From Macrostomum lignano (taxonomy: Eukaryota), in assembly GCA_002269645.1 (NCBI GenBank), contig NIVC01003724.1, positions 16,533-80,532 of the forward strand: 64,000 nt of DNA, written 5' to 3'. Below, piece by piece: positions 38,987 to 50,825 of this stretch (position 1 is the first letter of the stretch; each line of letters begins with the position of its first letter). The notes under the pieces were generated by a model. The model was given only the letters and a program-made list of their open reading frames with translations. It was not told the origin of the DNA and did no database searches. The position numbers and the translations under genes are program-made.

Positions 38987-39183
38987 TGACAGATCATCAA
39001 ATTACTGATGTTTGACTTTCAGTACACAGCGAAGCCTAGAGATCAGGGCGTGCTTGAGTGCCGAGTGTCAAAATGGTAAGCTGCTATCGGACACCCATTA
39101 TACGATTCTGCTGACTGTTCACGGGCATGCAGTATTTTGTTCAACATTATAGAATAGTTCAAACAAAACTGCCTGATTTTGAA

Positions 39184-39945
39184 TCAAACGGCTTGCGCCC
39201 GACCGCAGCTGTTCTCGTAGGCCACGAGCATCAGGTCGGTGAAGCGGCACAGCTTGTGCTGCATCTCCAGCGGCTCCCCGGATGCGGCGCCAGCAGAGTC
39301 CGACTGCAGCGATTGCTCGTCGCCAGACGAAGCCGACGAGGCGGCGTCGACGTCGCGGTCCTCGATTCGCGTCAGCGTGTCGCTCTCGCCGCCGCCGCCA
39401 AAAATGATGGTGGGCAGGCGTCCACCGTTCACCAGGCCGAGATGTCGGGAGGCTTCCATGGTTTCGAACACCGACTTAGCCGTGGTGGCAGGCGGCGCGC
39501 GGTCGTCGATGACCAGGCAGAAGGCTTTGCCGACATTTTTGGCCACCTCGAGATGCCGGCACAGCAAGTTAATGCTGATCTTGGTCACGCCCAGCTTGAT
39601 CAGATTCAGCTCCAGGCGGGTTAGCTCTCGCTGCACCGAGTCGGCGACTGTCTTGCAGTCGAGGATGGCGCCGAAGATGCCCAGCTGGCCGAGGATGGCG
39701 CCGAAATCTACGTCATCAGCGGCGTCTTTCCTGAGCAGGCTGGCCCGCGGCAGCACTAGCGGGTGGAAGCCGGCCGCCTCAATAGCCGCTAGCAGGCTCT
39801 GCAAGCTGTCCGTGTCGCGAATTCTGCTCCATAGCAGCTCCCGATCGCCGGTGACATTGGCTGCAGATGCGCTGCTGCTAGTGCTGTGAGTGCGAGAGCC
39901 GCAAGCCGGCCGAGATAATGAACTACTTCTAGTTCTAGGTAGCAT
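39184..39945 (-). CDS. Intronless 253-aa uncharacterised protein
   Basis: ATG-to-stop ORF with strong GC3 bias against AT-richer flanks and a globular-looking central region; no family recognised. Confidence 0.75.
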   Translation of the reverse strand: MLPRTRSSSLSRPACGSRTHSTSSSASAANVTGDRELLWSRIRDTDSLQSLLAAIEAAGFHPLVLPRASLLRKDAADDVDFGAILGQLGIFGAILDCKTVADSVQRELTRLELNLIKLGVTKISINLLCRHLEVAKNVGKAFCLVIDDRAPPATTAKSVFETMEASRHLGLVNGGRLPTIIFGGGGESDTLTRIEDRDVDAASSASSGDEQSLQSDSAGAASGEPLEMQHKLCRFTDLMLVAYENSCGRAQAV

Positions 39946-42772
39946 ATTAGACGCTCCAAACAGAATCAGATAGACTCAGTTAATTTAGAATTGCTTGGGA
40001 ATTTGAATAAGCCGAAATGCTTACTGCTTAGTTAGTGGTAGATTGCGCCCACGGGTTCATATTTTTATCTTATTTTTGACTGTTTTGACCTTGGGGGGGA
40101 GGGCGCCACAGAACTATGACTGTCGGACTCTGTGTTCATGAGGTGAAGCCGTGGCCCGCGCTGGAGAACCTCCATTTGACCTTGGCGCCGATCCTTTTCA
40201 TTGGCTGACAGCGGGGGATCCCGGGTTGCCCGCACGGCATGGATGACTGATCGGTCGTGTGGCTGCAAAGATGAAGTCCAGTGGTAATTTCCACTCGCCT
40301 CAAGGAGCGAATTAAAAATAGCCGTCCGTCTGCCCGTCTGCGTGCTGCGTACTCCATGCCCTTACACTGAGGCTGGTTCGTACGCCTAAAAACAAGTGCA
40401 CCAGCCTCAGCCAGTCAAGTAAAAAACTCTAGCTGTTTTGTTATGTTATTTTTTCCAGTTTTCCAGTTTGCGTTTTTTGAAAGTCACGTTAGTGAACGCA
40501 TTAAATGGCTTAACAAAAGATAGCCCCTCGTGATGACGAACTGCTTGTTTGGTATTTTTAACTTGGAAAATTTCGAGATTCATAGAGAGTTGTTTACACA
40601 AGTAGGCAACTACCTGCCTCTCTCGAACGTTGCTATCGAGCACACCGCATTGTTTCTATTTTTAGAGGCTTGCAAGCAATCTGCGCCACCCCCGTTTGGA
40701 GAGGCAACAAAGAGAGAGATTAAAATTAAACTTCATACATGCAGTTTTTTGACCTTGTACAGTCACTATTGTTAGCTTCTTAAGAAAACTCAAAAAAGAT
40801 GTTTTACAGCAAAACCATCAGGTCTGAAAGCCTGCCAACTATCTAGCCTAACAGCTCAGCTGCACCAGCCTTTGAGCATCAAAACTCATGGCTTAACCCT
40901 GACTCTCCCTTTAATGATGATTGGCCTTCCAACAACTCCCAATTGATACTTGGCATATCAACCCCCCCCCTCCTTGATCCACAGCAGTTCAGCAATCTAC
41001 TACTGAGCCTTGACATCTTAGCGATTTCCACATGAGCCTTGACATCTTATAGGGATTCCCCTATAAGTCTTGAAAAGATCCCTCCATGAGCCACAGCGTT
41101 TCAGCCAGCAATCTCTCCATGAGCTTTTGGTGTCTCAGCTCAGCAATTTCCCTGTAAGCCTTGAAATCTTAGCAAATTCCCTATGAGCCACAGCATTTCA
41201 GCGATTCTCTTCCTAACAGCTCAGCCTTAGGACCTAAGGATTCATTTTGATGATTGAACTTTTGAGAAAGAACAAAGCTTTCGATTTCGCGTGCAATTTA
41301 TGTACAGTAAATTTATGTTCAGTAATAGCTCGTCACACGTCTCTGCGTGCATGTGAAGTTGTCCTATACTCGTAGTACTTAAGCAATGGCGTTCATGATC
41401 TCATGCAACAAGGACTTGAGATAAGCTGAAATTAGGTAACCTTTGTTTATCAGAACGCATATATATATGTTGGCTGGGTTTGCGCGAAGTGCTACGTACG
41501 CTGACGCTGAACGATATGGAAACAATTATTTCATGTATTACTTTTTGCCACAAAATGGCGATATAGTTTTATTTGAAGCAGATCAAGAGCTCATGCATAT
41601 TGACCTTTAGTATAACAGATGCGCATGTACATCTGCATCTACGTGGCTTGTCTGTACGTTGTAGCTCGATCGATCGGCCGTAGTTTATGTTACTGATCGC
41701 AAAACAAGCCCCAGGTTTCAATTAGAAACAGATTTCCTGTCAGCTGTGTGTGTACGATACCGTAGTAGTATACATGTACATATGAACGAGCGTATATGTA
41801 CGCGTACAAACATGTATAAGGGGGAGTGACGGAGTGTCGCCCCTTCCTAAGGCAGAGACCCGAAAAAAATCAAGGGGGGCAAGCGAATTTTCGCCAACAA
41901 CATGGAGAGTCGGACCCCCCCAGATTTGCTCTGTTTATTGCAATAAAAATCTAGTTTTTTGGCATTGCTTTGAAATTTTAAGTTAATCCCTTCAATTTGA
42001 GTATATCAGATTATATAACCAATACAAAAAATCTTCTCTTGTGCCGGCCCAACTGACAGACAGTTGGATGCACGAGGTCTACGAGAAACGTAATCAGCTG
42101 CCAAAAATGCAACAAATTACTACTCAAGATGAAGCATAAAGGCATTATGGTTAAAAACAAGTAAATAGTAAACAAACATTTAGGTTTTATTTTATATCGA
42201 TTTTTACGCAAGTTATATTTGCTTTACTTAAGAAACTATTAGTTCTCGGAAATTTTGACAAAATTTCAGATCTGTAACTTTTTTAGAATTAATAACCTCC
42301 TACTACTGCGCTGTGCTAGAAATAGAGAAACAGGGAAATTATTTTATTCAAATTTCGGTTGTTTTTTGTGCGAGTTGTTTAAACACTGCTTTAGTGCCTA
42401 AAAACCATTTAATTATGTAGAGCTCTCTCCAATCTAAATGATAGGCCTATGTAGCTATCGCTATGCATCAGCACAAATTGGTTCAAATTTGGAGCCTAAA
42501 ATGCAAAATACATGTAAACTTGAAAGCTTCCATTGAAAGTGGAAAATATTGTACAATTTTTTTAGATATAAACCAATGGTGGTTCTTCTTCCTATGGTAT
42601 TCAAGCAAGAGGTATAGGGGCCTATACAATCTCATGCCGCATGGCTAGCTTTTCTTGCAATGCCATGCCACTAATGCCAATGGCAGTGATGGCACTGGGT
42701 AGGCCCCCCTAAATAGCAGGAATATATTCCACATGGCAAAATCATAGTAGATTGCCATGATGGTGGAAATGG

Positions 42773-43117
42773 GTTATAGTCATTTTGGCAAAAAGACCTT
42801 TTGGCAAAGGGCATTTTGGAGAAAGTTAGATATGAAGTCACTTTGGTGAAGGGGTAAATGAATGGCAATGACGGGACCTCATAAATCATTAACTGACCAA
42901 ATTAATTACTGAATTAGGCCTAGGCCTACAATTTGTGACAATGGTATTGTATATGATAGTAGGCCCCCTATGTTTAAACTTTAAATTTAAATTCTTGATT
43001 TTAAATTCTAATATTATTAAATCAGTTCAATCGGCTTTTGCCAAAATGACTTTCACCAAAATGAGTTTTGCCGAAGTGGCTTTTGCCAATATGTCTTTTC
43101 ACCAATGTGACCTATAC
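42773..43117. mobile_element. Decayed TIR element with GTCATTTTGGCAAAA subterminal repeats, truncating the RTE relic
   Basis: The left end resembles the reverse complement of the right end; motif similar to the 28.5-30.4 kb element. Confidence 0.45.
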
Positions 43118-43119
43118 CT

Positions 43120-43625
43120 ATAGATATCAACTGCTTTGGCACATTATATGCATAGAGCACCTTTAGGAGCACAGACCTAATAACCAAGTCAAATGTCTTC
43201 TTGAAATCTATGAAGATACCAATCTAGATCAACTGGTATATCCTCACTTTTTCAATGACTCATTAAAGAGCCAGGATCTGTCTATGTCACTATGCCATAG
43301 TGGGGACAGAAGCTGTTCTACTTAGGATGCAACTAGATCCAATACTGATTGCAACTGCAATAATAATATCTAGTTGAACAAATTTTCAGCACAGGACTAA
43401 AGGTAGATACCTTAATGCTCCTCGAGTCAAGACTCAAGCCTTATGGTGCTAGTGCCTAGCTTCTTAAGAACTATGACAATGTGTGCTATGGTCTATTCGT
43501 TGGGTGCTTCCTTATCAATGAGCATTCAATTTATCATTCTAGTAACCTTAGACCTACTAGCCATATAATGGATAGGCCTACATAGTGCCTCAATAGGCAC
43601 CTTGTTTAGACCTAGTGTAGTGCTT
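43120..43625 (-). mobile_element. Hypermutated RTE-type non-LTR retrotransposon RT fragment
   Basis: Reads LGLNKVPIEAL...APNE*TIAHIV...KK...EEH*GI...SCA..LFN*ILL.QLQSVLD, then after a frameshift QILAL**VIE..RI.Q...IGIFIDFKKTFDLV.RSVLLKVL.AYNVP. These match RT motifs RGISL / QILALRR / FIDFKKAFD. Confidence 0.85.
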
Positions 43626-45760
43626 TCTTACCCAGTATACCTCTAATATATATAATTGCATATTTATATTTCACTTATTATCTTTGGCATCATTTAGCAA
43701 GCATAGATCACTAGCTAAATAATCCTTTTTTAAGTTATATAATTACGAGTATAAATTCCTTGCCATTTAAGATTTAACTTATCAAACAAAAAAATAAACT
43801 TTTGACTTATAATGTCTTACTTCTAACTTGTTGATAGCAAATACCTAATATTTTGATAATGCTTTCCTTCCAATTTTTTATTAGGATAGAGGGCCTAAGC
43901 AAGCAGTATCTCTATCCTATAGCTAATAAGATCTAGAAGGTTGATGACCTAATACGAGCATATATTATCATCTCTAGGTTTTTTAAGGTTGGAAATCCAG
44001 TTGCCAGCTGGCCTTTGGGCTCAAAATCTAGTTGCCAATGGCTATTTTTGGTTGCCCATTGGCAACTAGGCCCCTAGCCAAATTCTTGAGGATGAATATT
44101 TCTAAGGCTCATTAAACATATATGCACTGTATAATTGCGGGGAATGAGACTGCCTGGGACTTGTTATAAATATAAATATCCTTTATACCCATAACTCAAA
44201 AATTATATATTTCAGACCAAGCATAGGCACAGCCTCTGGATTGACAAATTCATCAACCATAATTTAAACTTAACACTAAATTTTGAGGAACATGTACATG
44301 TTATACTAACAAAACAATAACAAGCTAATAATTCCATCATATCATATCAATTCATGTTACCCTTTTATTACACTTACAAAAACAATTTTTGAAATTGGCA
44401 ACTGGCACATAAAATGAAGTTGCTAGATTGGCCTCTGATGCCTAAAATCCAGTTGCCAATGAGGTTTTTGAAGGGGCCAAAAAAACCTGTATGGCCCAAA
44501 AAACCCAGATCATCCTATGTATCCTCTATCTTAACTTGTTGATAAATATACTTTTAGGGTTGTATTTAGCTTAGGATCTATGGGGCTATGGCCTCAAGCT
44601 CCATGGCCTTGACCTCTATTGCTTTTATATTTACAACTTCTACTATTTCTATAGCCATGATTTTTACAACCTTATCCACAATAGTCATGTCTAAGCCAAG
44701 CCAATATAGCTGCAGGTATCTCAGCACCTTAGAAGATAGCAATAGCAATCAGATAGTGTTATAGATAGTACCTATAATGCTATAGTATGAATCTAATGCA
44801 GCTTTTTGCATAGTGGTATGTATAGGGCCTACTATATATGGCTTATTGAGCAAGAGCAGTTAGCTTGCACAGTTGTTGACATAGCTGAGACATACTATAT
44901 TAGATGCCAGCCTTGGACATAAGTAGCTAGTTTGCTTTTTTATATGGCAGATTAATCTTTGCATAGTAGTAGGGTTAAAATATAATTGCAAAAATATATT
45001 TTTAAGTTCTAATAATATAGTAATCATAGGTTTAAAATTTAGATAGAGTCATTCAATGTACATTTATGAATGCATTAATAGTAGAGTTAACTTGGAAGGT
45101 AGGCCTACAAACACCTTGACTAAGAATATTATACTTTGAGGTACCATTATGATGAGCCTTGTAAGCCTGACTCTTCTGTAGCTATTAGGCTTTTTTCTAC
45201 TCCTTAACCTTTGTAAATAGTTTGTATTTGACAGGGTCAGGCATATGCTCCAATGCACTAAGAGGCAGGCCCATGTGTTCTGGCAATGCATGCACCCTTA
45301 TAGTACCACCATGTAGGTCAACACTATCAACAGACTAGTCCTTTTTTCAATGTTTTTATAAGCTCAAGTCTTATTTTTAGTAAATTTCACTATTTATATA
45401 GTCTACTAGCTCATTTTAGCTATTATTTATTATTTTATATTGGCAATTTAATGGTAAGACTATCTAGTAATATTAAAAAAGTAGCCATTTGGTAGTGAAC
45501 ATTAACCAAAAATAGAGACTTATAAAAAGGCTAAGAATAAAATTTGAATGCTATAAAACTTAGTTGTTTGACTTATAATTAAATATACTTAAGCTATAAA
45601 GTTTTTAATTTGTTATTTGTCATTTATAGTATTGGCCCTTTATACATATTGGAATATATTTTGCTACTATCTTATTTTATGGCTGATGCATGCCAATTTT
45701 TCAGAGTTGCCTAAGAATAAATATCAATCTCTATATTCATGCACTGAATCCACTGATGCA

Positions 45761-45932
45761 CATGCTTGGGCGCAACCTTGGGATTCACCCGGCCGTTTCT
45801 ATTGGCAACACACACATGTAAGTCGCTATTGGCTGAGAGCAGTCACGTGACTACTGTTCTGTCCAATAGCGACTTACATGTGTGTGTTGCCAATAGAAAC
45901 GGCCGAGTGAATCCCAAAGTTGCGCATGTATG
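45761..45932. mobile_element. 172-bp palindromic MITE of the CATACATG-terminus family; TSD CTGATGCA
   Basis: Arms of about 70 bp; TSD at 45753-45760 and 45933-45940. Confidence 0.85.
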
Positions 45933-46294
45933 CTGATGCATAATGAGCCATTGTGCACAAGATATAAAATTATCTGATGCAACTTTATTCATAGAACAAA
46001 GTATATTACTATTTTGCATTAACTTTTACTCTATTTATTAAACATACATTTCTTATTCACAAATTTTGATTGATTCATTGTTAAAGAATTGCTAAGCATA
46101 TTGGTTTCTAGCAAAAGTCTAAGTAGAATTTTAAAAATAATTTATTTTCATATAGTTTTTAGTCCTTATTTACTTGTTGAAATCAAGTGTTTCTGAACTC
46201 TCCTAATCTCATGTGTTGCCAGCTGGAATCGCACCGCTTATATATTATATCTAGGATATAAAATATAAGTGATCCATCTCAGCTCTGCACAACA

Positions 46295-49200
46295 ATGAGC
46301 GCAGTTCAGCACCCGGCTCAATCTGCATCGGCGCCATCGCCTCCGCCATCAACGCCGCCGCCACAGCAGCAGCAGCCAACTCAGCAGCAGCCGACTGTGG
46401 CAGTCCCGCTGCCAAGCGGCGGCAATCACAGTGGCAATCACAGCAGCAATCACAGCAGCAACGCTGCCGGCAGCGGCGCCAGCGGCAGCTCAGAGAGCGA
46501 CATATACGGCATGCTGGTGGTGCTCGGTTGCAACGGCCATCTGCCAGGCGACAGCGGTGCCGGCCGACGGACGTCCCGTCTGCTGCTTCGTCGTCGGCCA
46601 AATGGCGGCAACGCGTTGCGGCCAACGAAGAAGCAGTGGCGCGCCACCAGCATCAAGGAGCTGGAGGGCTGCAGGCCTCAGGCGTCTGTGTCCTATACGC
46701 TTGGCCGGAACCAGGGCTTTGTGGTTGTGGAATACGAGCCGGATGCTCAGTGCGATATGTTCCAGGTGATGATATTGCTGGTGTTTGGGCTCTTGTTGGC
46801 TGGTTTCAGTTTTGGGATGTAAATGTCAATGTTCAAGGATGTGAATACCCAAGAATGTGAATACCCAAGAATGTGAATACCCAAGAATGTGAATACCCAA
46901 GAATGTGAATACCCAAGAATGTGAATACCCAAGAATGTGAATACCCAAGGATGTGAATACCCAAGGATGTGAATACCCAAGAATGTGAATACCCAAGGAT
47001 GTGAATACCCAAGAATGTGAATACCCAAGAATGTGAATACCCAAGAATGTGAATACCCAAGGATGTGAATACCCAAGAATGTGAATACCCAAGGATGTAA
47101 ATACTCATGGATGTGAATATTCAAGGATGTGAATACCTAAGGATGTGAATACTCATAGATGTGAATATTCAAGGATGTGAATACTCAAGGTCAAGGATGT
47201 GAATACCCACGGATGTAAATGCTCATGGATGTGAATATTCAAGGATGTGAATACTCAAGGATGTGAATACCTATGGATGTGAATACTCATGGATGTGAAT
47301 ACCTAAGAATGTGAATACCCAAGGATGTGAATACCCAAGAATGTGAATACCCAAGGATGTAAATACTCATGGATGTGAATATTCAAGGATGTGAATACCT
47401 AAGGATGTGAATACTCATAGATGTGAATATTCAAGGATGTGAATACTCCAGGTCAAGGATGTGAATACCCACGGATGTAAATGCTCATGGATGTGAATAT
47501 TCAAGGATGTGAATACTCAAGGATGTGAATACCTATGGATGTGAATACTCATGGATGTGAATACCTAAAAATGTGAATACCCAAGGATGTGAATACCTAA
47601 GGATGTGAATACCTAATGATGTGAATACCCAAGGATGTGAATACTAAGGATGCGAATACTCATGGATGTGAATATTCATGGATGTGAATACTCATGGATG
47701 CGAATATTAAAGGATGTGAATGTTAAGGAACTTAAATGCCCCATGGGGTGTAGTCTAGTGGTCAGAGCGTCGGACTCACGACTAAAAAGTTGGGTAGTTC
47801 GATTCTCGACTCACTCGGAACAATTTGTGTCCTTGAGCAAGACACTTAGCTCTGCATTGCTTCAGTTCACCCAGCTGTAAAATGGGTGCCAGCATTAGCT
47901 GGGGTAACTGAGGGTGTGTGGCGACCCCCCAGTCCTTGGACTGAACAGCCGTACGCAGCCTTTAGAGCTGCGGCTGAGCTGTCAGCTGTACATCTGCCCA
48001 TTAGGGCCAGTGTAATAAATTATTATTAATATTATCATTATTTACTGCCATAGGATGTATATGCTCAAGGATGTGAATGTTCACGGTTGTGAATGGCCCA
48101 GGATGTGTCCAATGATCTGAGTAGTTCAAGAATGTTAAAATTGAAATTGAAGTTTTTTTGTGTCAATGCCCGATGCGTATTAAAAATATGAAAATTTCTC
48201 CCCGCAGGTGGGCCGTTCCACCGAGTCAGTGATTGACCTGGTGGTGAGCGACTCCACCCCGCCAGGCGAGTCGGCTGCCTCAGACTCCACCATCAGCCGG
48301 TACGCCTGCCGCATCCTTGTCAACCGGACGCCGCCCTACACGCCCAGAATATTTGCGGCGGGATTTGACTCGAACAAGCGGATCATGCTGGGTGAGTCTG
48401 CTGGTGCTTTTATTAAATTTCTGTTATTATGCTGCCAACGCCACTCGCGTAAAAAAAGTTACAGAAGCACCCTGTGACCAGACCGTTTCTAATTATTATC
48501 TTCGCTTAATTTAGTTTCTTCTTAGAACCCATTTTTAAGAGTCACCCTCTAGAACCCCATTTCTCAAAATCGCCTTCTGAAGCAGCATTTCTAAGAATTT
48601 CCATCTGGAACCCCATTTCTAAGAATCGCCCTCTGGAACCCCATTTCTCAAAATCGCCTTCTGAAGCCACATTTCTTAGAATCTTCTTCTGTAACCCCAT
48701 TTCTAAGAATCGTTCTCTGGAGCCGCATTTCTAAGAATCGCCCCCTGGAACCCTATTTCTAAGAATCGTCTTCTGTAACCCAATTTCTAAGAATCGTTCT
48801 CTGGAGCCGCATTTCTAAGAATCGCCCTCTGGAACCCCATTTCGAAGAATCGCCCTCTGGAACCCCATTTTTAAGAATCGCCCTCTGGAGCCCCATTTCT
48901 AAGAATCGCCCTCTGGAACCCCATTTCTAAGAATCGCCATCTGGAACCCCATTTCTAAGAATCGCCTTCTGGAACCCCATTTCTAAGAATCGCCTTCTGG
49001 AACCCCATTTCTAAGAATCGCCCTCTGGAACCCCATTTTTAAGAATCGCCCTCTGTAACCCCATTTCTAAGAATCGCCCTCTGAAGCCGCATTTCTAAGA
49101 ATCGCCTTCTGGAACCCCATTTCTAAGAATCGCCCTCTTGAACCCCTTTTCTAAGAATCGCCTTCTGAAGCCAAATTTCTAAGAATCGCCCTCTGGAACC

Positions 49201-50464
49201 CCATTTCTAAGAATCGCCCTCTTGAACCCCATTTCTAAGAATCGCCCTCTTGAACCCCATTTCTAAGAATCGCCTTCTGGAACCCCATTTCTAAGAATCG
49301 CCTTCTGGAACCCCCATTTCTAAGAATCGCCTTCTGAATCCGCATTTCTAAGAATCGCCCTCTGGAACCCCATTTCTAAGAATCGCCCTCTTGAACTCCA
49401 TTTCTAAGAATTGCCTTCTGGAACCCCATTTCTAAGAATCGCCCTCTGAAGCCGCATTTCTAAGAATCGCCTTTTGAAGCCGAATTTCTAAGAATCGCCT
49501 TTTGAAGCCGAATTTCTAAGAATCGCCTTTTGAAGCCGAATTTCTAAGAATCGCCCTCTGGAACCCCATTTCTAAGAATCGCCCTCTGGAACCCCATTTC
49601 TAAGAATCGCCTTTTAGCCTATTCTAAATGTAGGCACACTGGCTCACAGCACTCGTCCCCTGTCCCTCCACTCGCGCAGGTGAGCACGCTATTCGCTGGA
49701 ATGTGACAACTGACGAAGTTGACGGCCTGACAACCAACGGCGTCCTTATCAACAAGCCGGTGGGCGGCTACTGCCCCGGCAGCCAGCCGGGCCCCTGGTT
49801 CGAGGTGAGCATCGAAGGCCGGCTTTACCCCATGCGTGAGCACCGGGCCACCCCGTCGCATTCGGACGTGCTGCACGCGGTTGACAACTCGCTGATTGAC
49901 GGCACGGTCATCGACCTGTGTGGAGTCTGCCTGGTGTACCGCTCCGCTGAGGGTCTGCGGCGCAGTCCCACCCTGCTGGAGCTCTGCTCGCGAGTTGAGT
50001 CGCTCAACCAGACGCACATCCTGTGCCCGGTCCGCTACCAGACTCTGGTGATCCGGAAGCCCCTGCAAGCGAATCCCGCCTCAGCCGCAGGCGGCGGCGG
50101 CTCGATGCCAGACGATCGGCAGCCGTACGTGTACACCGGCTGCGGCCACGTGCACGGCCTGCACAGCTGGGACAGGCCCGGCGGACAGCAGCAGCCGGAC
50201 AGGCGAACCTGTCCGCTGTGTCTGCAACAATCTGCTTTTATTGCCCTACGCCTAGGAGAAGAGGCGGCGCTGTATTTGGACAGAGACGGGATGCCAAATT
50301 ATGCGTTTAACCCGTGCGGTCATATGGCCTCGGAGCTCACAGTGAAGTATTGGTCTGCGCTGCCGCTGCTCACGGCCAGCCAGCTCAGGCCGCTGTGCCC
50401 ATTCTGCTCAACACCGCTGGCTACTCCGGCCACAATCAGACTGCTGTTCCAGTCTGACATTTGA
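46295..50464 (+). CDS. PELI: E3 ubiquitin ligase Pellino
   Basis: Exons 46295-46765, 48208-48391, 49680-50464 with consistent phases. YGMLVVLGCNG, DMFQVGRSTESVIDLVV, STISRYACRI, IFAAGFDS, DGLTTNGVL, LIDGTVIDLCGVCL; RING-like CGHVHG..CPLC..CGH..CPFC. Confidence 0.96.
46830..47730. repeat. 16-bp minisatellite GGATGTGAATACCCAA (Pellino intron 1)
   Basis: Directly visible. Confidence 0.95.
47745..48045 (+). mobile_element. tRNA-derived SINE
   Basis: Head with A box (TAGTCTAGTGG) and B-box-like GTTCGATTC; body GTGTCCTTGAGCAAGACACTTA and CAGTTCACCCAGCTGTAAAATGGG typical of SINE2 cores; (TTA)-rich tail. Confidence 0.8.
48520..49620. repeat. 28-bp minisatellite AAGAATCGCCCTCTGGAACCCCATTTCT (Pellino intron 2)
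   Basis: Directly visible. Confidence 0.95.
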
Positions 50465-50684
50465 CTGCCTGTTGATTACACACTATTTAACCTCTCGTTA
50501 TATCTACTTTCTAAGAATATCGGTCCCGTTTGTTTGTTTCTAAGAATCAGTTTTCTAGGAAACGCAGAAAATCTTATATCATGGAAATATTAAATTAGAA
50601 CAATTCAAACAATTGCTCTTATACGAGTAACCTATGTTCAAAGACTATCCTCTCGACTTCGCGTCTTAGAATTGCTGCTTCGAA

Positions 50685-50825
50685 TTCGTTTCTAAGAATC
50701 GCTGCTTCAAATTTGTTTCTAAGAATCGCTCCTTTGACTTCGATTCTAAGAATCGCTCCTTTGACTTCGATTCTAAGAATCGCTGCTCAAATTCGATTCT
50801 AAGAATCGCTGCTCTGAAATTCGTT
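50685..50825. repeat. Short TCTAAGAATCGCT-core repeat downstream of Pellino
   Basis: About 5 diverged units. Confidence 0.7.

Noticed and set aside
39127-39889. Plus-strand ORFs 39127 and 39239, and the antisense ORFs over ATXN2, the GPCR, 11069, 58126-59217 and 61700/61710
   Set aside because: Shadows of GC3-biased or repetitive true genes.
43130-43400. Apparent Cys-rich zinc-finger frame (YYCSCNQYW...FCPHYG)
   Set aside because: An off-frame reading of the RTE RT relic; the other two frames give canonical RT motifs.
22434-46000. Alternative genetic code (TAA/TAG = Gln, ciliate-type contamination) in the AT-rich blocks
   Set aside because: In the RTE relic the stops fall at conserved Arg and Trp positions, TGA stops and frameshifts also occur, and the same MITE family spans the blocks. 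Mutation explains this better.
47745-47815. tRNA gene
   Set aside because: No intact cloverleaf or acceptor stem; it continues into a SINE body.
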